The notes below the pieces were generated by a model. The model was not told where the DNA came from. It saw only the letters and a program-made list of their open reading frames with translations, and searched no databases. The position numbers and the translations under genes were made by a program. A DNA stretch of 63,782 bases, filler included, from Lenisia limosa (lineage: Eukaryota; Protista; Breviatea): assembly GCA_001655205.1 (NCBI GenBank). It is 10 parts of 10 records of this genome, joined end to end, with 100 filler letters (N's around TTAATTAATTAA, not from the genome) between each part and the next. Parts side by side here need not be neighbours in the genome. Positions count along the whole stretch, not along the records: positions 1 to 5,002 come from LPNZ01004941.1; positions 5,103 to 6,908 come from LPNZ01001583.1; positions 7,009 to 25,248 come from LPNZ01006526.1; 7 more parts are not named here. One strand, 5' to 3'. Position 1 is the stretch's first letter, and the number at the start of each line of letters is the position of its first letter. Positions 1-13,363 of this stretch are shown here, one piece after another.

Positions 1-204
1 GGGGGGGGGGGACATATGAATATAATATGATAAAATACAATAAAATGTATATAATTTGTATTGCGTATTCAGTGTGTACTATGTAAATATTACATGCCAG
101 CTGGCGGTTTAATATTGGATTAAAGCAAAGTATCAATTCACTGAAATATTTTAGTCATATCCCGTATTGACAGACCCCATTGCCTCCATAATCCATTTTA
201 ACCA

Positions 205-321
205 GAGCTTCACTTTCGGTTCAAACTAAGACTGAATCCTCGATAAATCCTCGCTAAATATCGATAAATCCTCGATAAATTGCGATATTCTGTCAGACTT
301 TTGAAACCGAAAGTGAAGCTC
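205..321. mobile_element. MITE family M copy
   Basis: GAGCTTCACTTTCGGTT...AACCGAAAGTGAAGCTC inverted termini; core duplicated internally. Confidence 0.85.
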
Positions 322-325
322 TAAT

Positions 326-3300
326 TTAAACCCTTCTAGTCATTCCTTTTTTTAATGCCATTAACAAAAACCTGGGGGGGGGGGNNNNNNNNNNNNNNNN
401 NNNNNNNNNNNNNNNNNNNNNNNNNNNNNNNNNNNNNNATACCGAACTGAAACTCCAAACAAACAAAAAAAACAAAAAAAAAACAAGCATTAACAAACAC
501 GAGCAATCAGCGCTATAACTAGATGACAAAAACAAAAACAAGCCCGAGCCAGCCTTTGAAGAGTCCCACCACCGCTCGATCACCCAAACGTATGTGTAAT
601 TGTATTTTAAAAATATACCATCCATAGTTAATGTCAAACCTGGGGGTGCCACATGCCATTGATGTTGGTAAGAAGCTTCGAAATGTGCCATAACGCTCTC
701 GTAAAGACAGGGAGGGTTAAAAGCTGACGTGGGGGTACGGAGGCGCCTTCGTCCTCTGAAAACAGTAAGTCTTTGTACGCTGCAGTGTTGTGAGTAGGGC
801 TTCACTTCAGTTCGAAAAATACTGGGAAAATATCGATAGTTTCGAGGATTTATCGAGAAATTCAGTCTTTTAATGAACCGAAGTGAATCCCTACTTGTTA
901 TGCAAAGAATTACTATGTTGGGAAGGAATGAACAAAGTTGTGCAGAGTTGCCAGGTAATTGATTAGGTATAACTATAGTCCCCCCCCCCCNNNNNNNNNN
1001 NNNNNNNNNNNNNNNNNNNNNNNNNNNNNNNNNNNNNNNNNNNNNNNNNNNNNNTGAAGGTGGCAATTGGCCGCCACATGCGCAGACGTGACGCAACATG
1101 CGAGGCGTCCAGGCGCGGCGGATCCGTGTTAGAGAATAGTCCAAGGTATCTAGAGGGGGTAAAACAAAGGAAATTTCGGCGAAGAATATTAACAATCTGA
1201 AAGCGAAGTAAAAAATGGATGAAATAAGCAAGAGAGAGAGAGAGAGAGGGTAGAGGGGGGGGGGTAAATATGATAATATATCATATATATATTAAAAAAA
1301 CAAAACAAAACAAAAAATCAACAAATTTTTAGATCCTCATTACTCTGATAAAACGTCCTCTGAACGGCCAAATAACTACCCCCATAAACCCTGCTTACGT
1401 GCAGAGAGCAGCGGGAGACGCCATGGCCTGGGTCATCTCAGGGGCTATATGGTCAGAAGTCGGGACAGAGTATCATTATGCATAGACAATGATTTTCTAC
1501 ATAGCCCACATTCCTTATTTCTCTGTTATAATGAATCATTATTCATAGACATATCAGACACCACATTCCATTATTCACATAGACATATCAGACATAACCC
1601 ACATTCCAGGGTCTCAAGCTCGGGTTTCAGCAGATCATTGACTGTGGCTGCCACCTCGGCCGAAGTGCTCAAAAAAGGGGCCAACTGTGGGGCGGGAGAT
1701 GAGATGATAAAGCAGGTTGCGGTTGGAGAATCTGGCTCGGTCGAAGGACAAAAACAACCGTAAACGAGCGTAAGTTGCGTTATTCAGATTTAGTGTATTA
1801 AAAGTAATTATTAACCGCAACCTGCTTTAAAGGCTGCCGACACACACCCTATAATCAACACAACATCCCACACAAAAATGCATACACAACTAGGGCTTCA
1901 CTTCGGTTCAAGAAAGATTGAATTTCTCGATAAATCCTCGAAAACTAGCGATAATTTACCGGTCTTTTTCAAACCGAAGTGAATCCCTCGCCAACAGCAA
2001 TACAAGCTTCTCGCGAGTGCACAGCTTCTCCAGGCATGTCATGGGACAGGAAGGGCCCGAGACACTGCACAACAAACTGGATGTCTGTCGCCATCAACTT
2101 GCCGCTCTGGGGGGTGGAGGGGAGTAAAATTGGAATATTTATGAAACAACCCAGATCAACTCTGTTGGCTGACAACACACGAGTGTTGATAACAACAAAA
2201 CANNNNNNNNNNNNNNNNNNNNNNNNNNNNNNNNNNNNNNNNNNNNNNNNNNNNNNNNNNNNNNNNNNNNNNNNNNNNNNNNNNNNNNNNNNNNNNNNNN
2301 NNNNNNNNNNNNNNCTTACATCAGTACAAAGACGGACAATGACACCACTAGCCTTCCGACGAACAGCAATGGAATCTAGGGAGAGTTTCCTAATATGGTA
2401 AGTTCAGTTAAGGGCTTTTCTAATAATATGGTAAGTTCGGCTAAGAGGTTTCTCATATGCCCCCCCATTCCCACGAGTATTCGGTATTTTCCTCTGCTGC
2501 CGTTTTGAAGCCGATCAACTTGGCCGTTTCTTGGAAGATTGTGCGAAGGGCCTGGGGGTAACACGAGGGTGGTGGAGGAAAATTCGATACACAAATAAAG
2601 CATCCACACGCTGATAAAAGATATTGGATAATAGTAGCAAGCCGAAGCCGTCCATTCCATCACGCTTATGAGAGTTATTGGATTATAGCATTGGTAATAT
2701 ACTATAATATACACTAATTCCAACCCCCACATCAGGCTTGGTGCTAAACCAAGGCGAAAACGCTTCAACACACGACAGGAGACGGGAAATTAGGAGGGGC
2801 AGCTGTGGGGTAGCCTGGAATAGAACGGTAATACACGCTCCACAGAGCTCGTCAATTTTCTGTGGGGGGGGGGTGAGTAGAATGAAGGGACAAAGAAGAA
2901 GAAGAAGAAGAAGAAGGTACTATTTTTGGATAATTTGGAGACAGATGCAAAACGATACTCAATAAACATAACATGATATAATATAACTGCAACACCCCAG
3001 CACACATAGCCAAGCCACTAATCCAGTTTTAAGCGTAATTAATAGAGTACTATACTCAACTACAACAATATTAAAAGTGCCGAACCAGACCGCTCACGCC
3101 AATATAAAGGGGCTGATTTTTGTTCTCTGGCCCTGGGCTCAGCCACTCCCTGTTAACATCAGATTTTGTTTAAAAGTAAATGCTAGATTGAGTTCTTTTA
3201 AAGGAAGCACAAAATGTAATTTTAACGTAAATACCAGATTATGGTATTTAAGCAAACACATCGTGAAAGATCAAATTATGTTGAGGAATATTGGGTTGTA

Positions 3301-4960
3301 ATAACTACATTTATTGAAGGAAACGAATGTTGGATGCTAAGACCCCCTTTTTTCAAAGCAAATTTATCTCCCTCCCCACTTTTTCAAGGCACTCAAGATG
3401 GCGTCACAGGAGATGCCGAGGGCGTCCAGCTCACGGGACGGTCTGGGCTGATACTGGTCACTGGACGGGGGGATCTGGAGGCGTGAATGTAGGGGTACCC
3501 GCTCCACCCTACGTATGTATTTATTTACCAAGAAGTTATTAATTTGGCTACATGTACGTTTACTGCGATACTGACACGATTGGCAAAGTCAAGCTCAATA
3601 TCCGTGATAGTACTTTTGCGTATAAGCTCTCAAGCAAGGCCATACCTGAGAAACCTGAGGAAGAGTATTACTGAGTTGATGAAGAGCCCACTCCAGCGTT
3701 AGGACTATAAAGTGAGCATTTTACCACAATACTGAACAGTGAGTATTCATTGGACTACATATACATACATTGACTAGGATAAGTCTCTACCGATTGTCCT
3801 TGAAAAATCATGTAACAAATCGGTCAAGACTTATCCCGGTCAATGTGTATAGTGAGTTTTTATCAAAAATCACGTTTTTAAGCGCCACTATTGGTACTAC
3901 GGGTTAGGACTAAATAGTGAGAAAGGATAAGTCTTGACCGATTTGCCCGAATTGCTATGTGCTTTCCAAAGGAAAATATGTCGACTTATCCCGGCCACAG
4001 GGCGGGTACTGGAGTGTGCGGTATGATAAGTAGATGATGACCTTGCCCACACACTCCATTTAAAAACCATCTTCACAAAAAAAAAAGAATTATTTCACCT
4101 TCTTGAGACCTAACCGACCTTAGACCCCGTCCAAATCAAATCTTGCGATCCTACAAACAAAGGCCTCAACAAAAGTGGGATGTTTAAAGCACCTCACCCC
4201 CCACTCGGCAGTTTGAGTCCGATGGTGGTGAGGGTGCGGGAGGTGACGTGACGAACAGTCGCAAAGAAAGGCAATACCTGGTNNNNNNNNNNNNNNNNNN
4301 NNNNNNNNNNNNNNNNNNNNNNNNNNNNNNNNNNNNNNNNNNNNNNNNNNNNNNNNNNNNNNNNNNNNNNNNNNNNNNNNNNNNNNNNNNNNNNNNNNNN
4401 NNNNNNNNNNNNNNCTTTGGATCACTATAATTCCCCCCACAATGTCATAATCAAGCATCACGGTCATTGCAAGCACCTTGTTGTTGTCTACAGGGTTTCT
4501 GGGGAGGGGGAGTATTAATGCAAGACAATATTAACACTACAATCCTACGATACTAATACAGTAACAATAAAGTGAGTCTTGACGGACATAGGCTTACGGA
4601 GAAATGATGGACTGGAAAAGCAAGGGCAGAACCTCAGCCACAACTTTGGAGTCCTTTTCAAAGGGGATGCTCTACATTGGTAATTTCATTAAACAGCAAG
4701 AAAATACACTAGGAAATTTCCTTAAACAGGAAAAACACATAACAATTCCGATGCTCTGAATGGACGGTAAAGATGACAGCATAAAACAAAAGGTCACCCC
4801 CCAAAGAGAAATAACATTTTTACTCCCCGCCCCACTTGGACACAATCATGCCACGCCCCCGCAAGCATAATGGCGATATATGGGCTGGGGTGGCGGCTGA
4901 GAGAAAGCAGAAGATTCAGCAAGGGCATAACTGACGAGATTCCTTCGTCTGTGGGGAGGA
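326..4960 (-). CDS. XPO5: Exportin-5/HASTY/Msn5-like karyopherin, multi-exon internal fragment
   Basis: GT-AG bounded exons read, in order: DEGISSVMPLLNLLLSLSRHPSPYI, VLPFFATVRHVTSRTLTTIGLKLP, RELDALGISCDAILSALKK, KIDELCGACITVLFQATPQLPLLISRLLSCVEAFSP, ALRTIFQETAKLIGFKTAAEENTEYS, KLSLDSIAVRRKASGVIVRLCTD, SGKLMATDIQFVVQCLGPFL. These are colinear with recalled XPO5 segments (FTTHPSQFL; DPLILSCVLTNVSALFP; NVRRHACSSIIKMCRD). Ends are uncertain. Confidence 0.65.
797..891. mobile_element. MITE family M, ~95 bp, TA-flanked (Tc1/mariner-type, non-autonomous)
   Basis: TIRs GGGCTTCACTTCAGTTC / GAACCGAAGTGAATCCC with TA on both sides and the shared core ATCGATAGTTTCGAGGATTTATCGAGAAATTCAGTCTTT. Confidence 0.9.
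1893..1987. mobile_element. MITE family M copy
   Basis: Same TIRs and core; in an XPO5 intron. Confidence 0.88.
3760..4057. repeat. Cluster of intronic inverted repeats (family E)
   Basis: GGATAAGTC..CCGATT / AATCGG..GACTTATCC hairpins at 3777-3836 and 3925-3991, plus GGAGTGTG/CACACTCC at ~4010-4057. Confidence 0.75.
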
Positions 4961-5046
4961 CGGGTGAGATTGGAAAATTTATGAAACAAATAAGCTCAAA
5001 ATNNNNNNNNNNNNNNNNNNNNNNNNNNNNNNNNNNNNNNNNNNNN

Positions 5047-5058
5047 TTAATTAATTAA
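5047..5058. other. Artificial contig linker TTAATTAATTAA; others at 6953, 25293, 36857, 46290, 47688, 49149, 52864, 62011
   Basis: Identical 12-mer with stops in all six frames, each embedded in ~45 N per side. Confidence 0.97.
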
Positions 5059-5202
5059 NNNNNNNNNNNNNNNNNNNNNNNNNNNNNNNNNNNNNNNNNN
5101 NNAAAACACGAGGGTTGATAACAACAAAACATACAGTACCACATCCCATCACCACCGAAATTCACTATCATCACCATATTTATTCACCATCATCACCACA
5201 GG

Positions 5203-6900
5203 ACTTCCTTTCGAGTCTTGAGCAGTCAGCGGCCGACTCGCTCCATGACACCATGTTGCATGCATCTCTCCTTAGTAGGCCTGGTTTATGGTGTCAATGT
5301 CAGCTTTTTAATAACTTACAACTGGAAGAACAATGTAACTGGCACAGCTTTTCGAGTAAACACGACCTTGTTGATTCTCTGGGATTCTCTGCTTCGTTTT
5401 TTTTTTTCTTTCTGGATTACGTTCCCGCTTACTCCCCCCCNNNNNNNNNNNNNNNNNNNNNNNNNNNNNNNNNNNNNNNNNNNNNNNNNNNNNNNNNNNN
5501 NNNNNNNNNNNNNNNNNNNNNNNNNNNNNNNNNNNNNNNNNNNNNNNNNCGCCTAACACGTGCGTTGCGTTGCACTGCCACGTATATTGCATACCTTGTT
5601 ACGAGGGACCGTCTTGCTGAGAGTCTTGCTGATATCAAGGTAAATTGGGGACTATAATAATATGGTTTATTGTTTCATTACATTTATCATCTTATATTCG
5701 GTTTGTGAATTAATAAAAGCCACTGATCGCGAAAATCTTGATCAAATGAAGATGGCAAACACTATGATTGATATGCTTAAACGGAGGTTATTTAATATCT
5801 TACCCCAATGTAAGATCCTTTTTGTTTTCCAAATATTAGAGGCAAAATTACAATATCTAACTCACACCTTATTAGGACCTCTCCCGGCCTTCTTCATCGA
5901 CAATCGAGGACCCGGGTACCTGGCTGGCCACTCGGGGTTCCTGGCTAGTAGACACTCTCACCGGCGTGCATTGCGAGGCACCAGAGGAACCATTCATGGC
6001 TCCTCTGTTCTGGGCTCTCAAAATACAGGTATGGCTCTGAACCAGTTGTTCATTTCATTTCAGTTCAGATTTATGTTATTTTTATCAAATTATTACTACA
6101 TGTGTATAATAATTGAAATAAAGTTAATCAGGAACAGTTCAGATGTTATCAGATCATATATATAATACATAAGATACAGTACATGTATTTCTCACCAGTT
6201 CCATTCCACTTAACACCACCACCACCCTTGATTCTCCTTTTAGGCATTCCCGACCCTCATATCGGCTCACCTTCTCACGGAAGTTCTTTCTGTTGTCCTC
6301 CAAGCCGTTCCAGTCTCTCCTGCATCAGCTATCATTGCAGCCTTTTTTGTGTACGCTGCAAGAATAATGGGGTCTCAGTATTTTTTTCTTTCTAAATCAT
6401 ATGATATGTATGATACCACTCACTAAACCAATTCTGCGTCTTTTAAAAGGACAGCTTAATCTGGGCGTTGCTTTTCAAAGTACAATTCAAAATTCAACAA
6501 TGCCAATGATACACTTGGGTGACACTGACAAACTCTGCAGACCCCTGACGCCAGCATTATCACAGCACCACAACCCGGCGGTCAAGGCGCTGGCATTGGA
6601 GATTACTGGAACAGAGGGACCGCTGAGTCCAGAGAAGTTGGTTCGACCATATCTTCAATATATGCCATACTACATGTATATTATATAGAAATATAATTAT
6701 ATATATATATCATATATAATATGTGCTGTTTCATATTATTATGATCACCATACCATATGTAACTTTTGTTGCTCCCACCACGAACACCGCACACACAAAG
6801 TTTAGACTCAGGATATTGGATATGTTTCTTTCTTTCATTAAATGTTCCATTTTTACGATGGGATGCGGTGGTCAGAAGCGACTGGCCGGGGCTTTGTTTG
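5203..6900 (+). CDS. Multi-exon hypothetical helical protein fragment
   Basis: AG/GT-bounded exons such as DFLSSLEQSAADSLHDTMLHASLL, RLTRALRCTATYIAYLVTRDRLAESLADIK, AFPTLISAHLLTEVLSVVLQAVPVSPASAIIAAFF, RPLTPALSQHHNPAVKALALEITG. No family recognised. Confidence 0.5.
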
Positions 6901-7029
6901 TTGTGTTGNNNNNNNNNNNNNNNNNNNNNNNNNNNNNNNNNNNNNNNNNNNNTTAATTAATTAANNNNNNNNNNNNNNNNNNNNNNNNNNNNNNNNNNNN
7001 NNNNNNNNGGGAGCTGCACGATAGGCAAA

Positions 7030-9330
7030 TTGAGCTAATCCCGGACACCTTTTTTCTTCGAAGGTGTCGTGGGGTTGGAGGAACCATAGTTACTAGATAT
7101 CGAGAAAACCGACGGAGCGCCATGCTTCGCCCGTTTCTCCGCAATTTCTTGTTGTCGTTGCTGCTCAAGTTTGGTTTGCTTCTGTCGCAGTAGCTCTTCT
7201 TGAACCGCCTTTTGCCGCTACAGTGTTAATTGTTGATCCAACCTCTGAGAAGAATTATCAAATCACTCGGACGCCAACAGGTATAGTGAAGTTATGTTAA
7301 CTGTCATTCTTCAATTGGAAATATTTACTAGTTTGAATATTTCATACCATTCACAATCAAACAGTCTTTGCAAATGTGAATAATGCTTATTACAGGGTTT
7401 CAAGGAACCTTACCTCTTCTTTTCGCTTGTTATATTCAATCTCTTCCTGGATTCTCCTTAGTCGGCGCTCCTCGATCTCACGTTGCTGGGGATGTTATAC
7501 AAAGAGAGAGTTCCTGGAGATGTTAAACAAAGAGAGAGTTGCTGCGATGTGAAATAAAGAGAGAGTTGCTGGTGTGTTAAACAAAGATGAAAGATAATTA
7601 CTATTATTATCCAATTCACAAAAAGCAACAGAAGAGAGGGGACGTTACTCAAAGAGTAGCTATTCATGAAAAGCTCACCTTTTCTTCGTATTCTCTAGAT
7701 TTTTCTTCCCTCTTCAGCTTCTCTTCCTCCTTTCGTTTTTGCTTTTCCTCGTACTAAAAGATCAGTGAGATACGTCACAATTGGAGTCTGATCACATTAA
7801 TTATCAACCTTATTTTTGTATCATTGCTATATGNNNNNNNNNNNNNNNNNNNNNNNNNNNNNNNNNNNNNNNNNNNNNNNNNNNNNNNNNNNNNNNNNNN
7901 NNNNNNNNNNNNNNNNNNNNNNNNNNNNNNNNNNNNNNNNNNNNNNNNNNNNNNNNNNNNNNNNNNNNNNNNNNNNNNNNNNNNNNNNNNNNNNNNNATT
8001 AAAAAGCCCGGAAGAGAGACTGTCATATAACTTCTCGTTTTATTAGTACAATAATGTACTGCATTATTGAGAGCGCTATTTAAGACATGATTGTTAATTA
8101 TTTGAGAGGTGCGTTCAGGGGCTTACACTGCATTGTTCGTGGGGTTATCCGCTCGCTTCTTGCTTTCTACAAAGGATGACAAAGAGGTAAATATAAATGG
8201 CTTGAGACGAGGTTAAAATGCTTGAAAGAATGGACTGTCTACAAGATTGTTGGGAATCAATATTAATATTATATAATACTCAGTATTGGTGGTATGGTTT
8301 ATTTGATACACTGAAAATCTGCCTCAGAACTACACGCCTATGCAAATCATCCCATTCGGGTGCGTGAAAAAAACCACGCATACTTGGTGCAGATGTGTCG
8401 TCTTCGGAATCATCATCCGTCGGCGTTGCTTTCTAAGGCATGAGCAATCAAAAACAATCAACGAAATGGGTTACAAGTCTCGACGTGCAGTTGGAAGCAG
8501 TCGTATGAGTTGCCAATAATCCTACCCCTACCTCCATCTTTTCCTCCATTTTACGATCGAAGAGCTTTTTTTGCTTCAGATAAGCTAGGGGGTTAAACAA
8601 TATGACAACATAAAAATCAAGAAAGAAAAAAAAAAAAAAATAGAGATGTATAATATTATGTTAATTAGGAGTTATCAGATCTAGTTAATCACCATGCCAA
8701 GTGTAACAGCAAGACAATAAAGATATCGAATGGTAAGGATAAAATGAAGATATAGCAACTGTGATAATAGTATGTTTGGCTCACAGTTACAGTCAAGCCC
8801 CTTCAACAGCGTGAAAACGAAAGCCATATACACCAAAAAAAAGAGCTGTCATTATCCCCTCCTCCAATCTCATGTCATCAAGAGGCCCACTTTTCATGGC
8901 CTTGCGATGGTAGTTGTCCCTGCCCTGCGAGAGAGTGTAGGGCATAGGAGGTGCGTCTCCCTCGTACTCGTCAACTGCAGAGTGAGGGCAGAAGAGAACG
9001 TAGAAGCGACTGGATCAGGCCGAAGCCGTCCACTTTATCAAGTTTACGGAGAATTACATCAAACCACCCTACGTACGCCAGTAAAATGATATAAAGAGAA
9101 AACACAAAAACAAATGAGCAGAGGATCATAAAAGGCACAAACAACTTAATATGTGCAGAGTACAAAACTTCTCAATGAAGGTTCGGTTCAAAAATCAGCA
9201 ACCAGAGCTATTCTATTATAAACAGAATTAATTTGTCCCGACAATACGCAAAGGAGAAATTCCATCCTACATCCATAAGCTCTAGCATCATCACGGTTTT
9301 GGCGGCGTCTTGCTCTAGGCATCTTTTCCT
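7030..9330 (-). CDS. Hypothetical charged coiled-coil protein, multi-exon
   Basis: Exons MPRARRRQNRDDARAYG, YLKQKKLFDRKMEEKME, YEEKQKRKEEEKLKREEKSREYEEK, QQREIEERRLRRIQEEIEYNKRKEE and AVQEELLRQKQTKLEQQRQQEIAEKRAKHG...KKGVRD*. Boundaries approximate. Confidence 0.55.
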
Positions 9331-10097
9331 CTTCTTTGCAAGCGGACGTCAATAAAAAGTAGAAGATGTTTCAAAGGGGGAGTGGAAGAAGCCAGAAGAG
9401 CTGTAGTAGGATTGATCTGGAGTAATTATTGGGGGATTCGATTATGTGCTAGCTTGGGTAGTGTTGAATAATCTTATGCTGTTATGCTCTGTTGAATACA
9501 CTTGTGTTTTTTTTCTTTTACGCTTTTGCTTTTATTTTCTCCCATTCTCCTCAATTATTTTTATTTCTTATCTCCGCGACCGTAAATTAATTTGTGGCTA
9601 TTTTGACTGATTTGACATTGTTTACAAGCTTTGTGGTTTACCATGTTAACATGTTCTGAGAGTGTTCTGCAACACTGCTGCAACATGTCTTGTTGTTGTG
9701 AATGTTATAATGTTATTCAGAATATGTGGATATGGGCAGTTGCATCTTTGGAGTCATAGAGTCATACTATACATTCATTATTAACAATCGAGAAAGCCTT
9801 GAGGCATTAGCGTTGAGCAGTGAAGGGGTTGTGCCCCTCCCAGTTCGTGAGTTGGTTGATGAGAGCGACAAATTCATGGCCCTACGATTGTTAGACAGAT
9901 TCATGCTAAGGCTGACAGTATTGCCCCTTTGCAACATCCCAATGTAATGGTAATTTGAATAAGTAATACACGAATGCACAAATGTATGTTTTGTGTTAAG
10001 GTTTTCTTTTCAAAGACAACAGTAAACCCACAATACTTCATTCTAACCAAAAGAGAGTAGTCCATTTAGCATATTCGATTACAAGCTACAGCCCCAT

Positions 10098-13000
10098 TCA
10101 CCATTGAATCAAGCCATGGTTTATCTTCGTCCACCCATTGGAAGCTCCTGTGGGCATGAAGAAGGGAATTTCTTTTGAAACAATAAAGAGAGATGTCGAT
10201 GAGTGCATAAGGATAGTTGGCTCATCCCAATAGGAAAAGGTGGTCAAAAACATCACAGCAACATTTGATATGTACAAAGAGAACACTATCACTATGTGGA
10301 ACTGCGCTAAAAGGTGTACATACATCATGTTAAGCAAAGAAATGTATTATTCGCCATATTGTACCGCTATCCCCATACCAGCCGCCTCTTTTCGGTGCCA
10401 CGCGGGGTGCGTGTGCCANNNNNNNNNNNNNNNNNNNNNNNNNNNNNNNNNNNNNNNNNNNNNNNNNNNNNNNNNNNNNNNNNNNNNNNNNNNNNNNNNN
10501 NNNNNNNNNNNNNNNNNNNNNNNNNNNNNNNGAGGAAATCTCCAAATATCCTCTCCTCCACAATCATCAAAAATACGAAATAGCCCCATACATCTTGGGT
10601 AGGTCCCTGTTGAAGCCAAAGGTAGTGGCTAAAAGCGTGACATCAGGTGACAAATGCTCTTGGAGGGCGGGTTTTATCTCATATCTAAAGCTTCCCAGCA
10701 TTCTCAAAAAAAGACTTGAGATGTTTTGAGATATTCAGTCATTTTGTGCCCAAGAGGACAGCCTTGTTTCAGTCATACCAGTTGAGTGGGTTCCTGCTGT
10801 AGATTTTGTCTGCAACATCTTGGAGGGTTGTAGTCCAAATATCTGAGGGAATGACACAGAAAAGACAATTGGAACACAATAGGTCCAGCAAAATCGAGAT
10901 TACCCAGGGTTTATCCAAAATATCACATAATGTAGAAATACGTTAAAAAATCAAGAAAGACAAATAAGACATCCACATACCCATCATTTGCCTGATTTGC
11001 ATGTGGATGGAAAGGAGGTGCAGGGGATAGTCTGGCCTATCGACAATGGAGTTGACAAAGAAGAGGTCATTTTGGTGAGGGCAGATCTCCTTTTGCCACA
11101 CTGAGGGGGATGTTATAGAAAAGTGCTGAGATGCGTAATAGCAAGATTTTTCGGAAAAAAAAGGGGGCAACATCATTATCATTGGTGATGTGCCGACAAA
11201 ATCTCCCTTGACTCAATTAAAACCTTTCGTTATTCAGCCCTTCATTTAACCATAATCCTTAACTCAGTAGCTCCAAGACACCATGCTTACTTGGGAACAT
11301 AATGCGTTCACTTGGTCGACTCCAGCCATGGAAGTGGCCAACATGGTCAAAAGTGCACCAGAACTCCTGGGGGGGGGGGGNNNNNNNNNNNNNNNNNNNN
11401 NNNNNNNNNNNNNNNNNNNNNNNNNNNNNNNNNNNNNNNNNNNNNNNNNNNNNNNNNNNNNNNNNNNNNNNNNNNNNNNNNNNNNNNNCCAAAACTAGTT
11501 TGCATGATAGTTGGTGGGGGCACGTCTGAGAGTCAGGAACATATGACAGAAAAAGCAAGCGGTCCAAATCAAGAATAGCCACTTGTTACTTATCATCAAA
11601 AGGTATTTCAATTTTCGCTCTGAGCCAAGTGCTGCAAAAAGCTTTGGTACAAAGACAAAAATATTAAAAGAAAATAAAGTCAAAATCAGAAGCCATCATA
11701 AACACATGCTGTCCGTTCCACATTTCATACCCCATTAGAGCGCTCAGAGAAGTCAAGCCAAGACTCCCACCTGAAATGTTGGGTAAAGAGGATATGGGGT
11801 GTTATGCAATCGGTTCAGCCACCAACATAGTCTGGTTTTTAGTTTCGAAGAGTGACACGAGAACACCAAGAGTCATGTCCCTTGAGAAAACACTGTGCTT
11901 CTGATAGGTAAAGGGGAGGGGTTCCTGTGTTTTCATTTGTCTCCCAAAATACATGTGTTTGTATGGTTTCTGGGTTATAAGAAGAGAGGTACTGGATGAA
12001 TTACCAATCAATGAAAATATTGATGACATTATGGGAGGTATATTACTATTGAGAGCATGTATAGTATGTGAAATAGATCTTTTGGTTTTTGTTTCATAAA
12101 TCAGGGTTTCAAGTGGAAAGTTCTCAGATATCAGATTACAAAATCGAAGAACAATCCTTTTTAAAGTTATTTATTACTTTATTTAGGACTGATAATGACT
12201 CTGAAATCAAATTTGAGAGAAGATAAAGAAGTAAAAGTCGCTGTGAATCACATTCAATAGAGGGCAAAAAAGAATAGCGTGCTTTGGGTGAGACAAATTT
12301 CCTATTTGAAACTCTGCTTTTAGTCCTTCCCCCCCACAGTTGGGTCTTCTCCAACTTGCCATGGAGATCTCCAGATCTGTCCATTTGAGTCTTGAAGGTT
12401 GTCTGAAAAGTATGAAGAAAAGGAATGCTTGGGAGGGTCGGGCGAAACAGATTTGGGTCAACAAAGGTGGAAAAAATGAAAGTAACTTGGGGGAGGGACA
12501 AACCACATTTTTTCGCCAAATTCCTTCACCCTCCCACTCATTCCTTCACACGCCTTCTTATCTCCGGAGCCGCAGAGGAGACCAGTCCACAAACAAGTGT
12601 CGCATCCAGCTGGGTTGCATGCTGGGGGGTAAAGTGGAACATCCAGCTGGGTTGCATGCTGGGGGGTAAAATGGAACATCGTGTTCATTTATCTTAAGTC
12701 GTCAAAAGTAGGTAGCTTGGGTTATATTTGCTCCTCTACACTCACCCTATACTATCTTAAGCTCCTCCCAACACATCAGACAGCCGACCTTTCCTGCACG
12801 CTACGCCCTCACTCCAATGGGCCCACTCCTGGATCGTTTCACGCAGTTCTACGAGTCTGTTCGGTTAGCCATTCACAAAGAAGCGTAGAATGATATATGT
12901 TAGGAGAATTTCAAGAGAACTTCGTCTTTTTAGCACTTAAAAAGCAACATTGCTTCTTGCTCGGAAAAAGAAGGTTTCCATGATAGTTCAAAAGCTACTA

Positions 13001-13363
13001 CCATAAATCAGGAATCAACAGTTGGTTAGATCGGACCAATCCATGCTGGGGAACCAAAAGACAAAAACCCCAAACTGTTTCAATGAAGCATCATCGTAGG
13101 TTCTCTTGTGGAAGATGGGGGAAGAAAGGTGATCGTCTGGAAAGCTTAATTCAACTCCAAATTCAACTCTGTAATAAGGGGAATATGTTGGATTTGGGTA
13201 TTGCCAAAGATACTCTATTTGAATAAATAAAATAAGTGAAGTGGAAGGGTGGAAGAGGACAAAATAGCAGAGCTTGAGCAATAGAGAAGAGCTTGGTGGA
13301 GATCTTCATACCAGCAATGGCCAAGCTGAACAGAAGAATCGCAAGCAGCAGAAGGTCCTTCAT
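10098..13363 (-). CDS. Putative secreted or membrane hypothetical protein, multi-exon
   Basis: ATG at 13363 gives MKDLLLLAILLFSLAIA (signal-peptide-like), followed by a GT-AG intron into EYLWQYPNPTYSPYYRVEFG. Many downstream GT-AG exons (ETIQTHVFWETNENTGTPPLYL, EFWCTFDHVGHFHGWSRP, YEIKPALQEHLSPDVTLL). The 3' end and single-gene status are uncertain. Confidence 0.45.

Noticed and set aside
326-1231. Long ORFs in the supplied track (e.g. 326-1231, 49579-50373, 50063-50665)
   Set aside because: They are open only because they run through N gaps, introns or microsatellites.
5003-5102. Repeated TTAATTAATTAA as a biological element
   Set aside because: Always embedded in fixed-size N blocks and encodes stops in six frames: a contig-joining linker.
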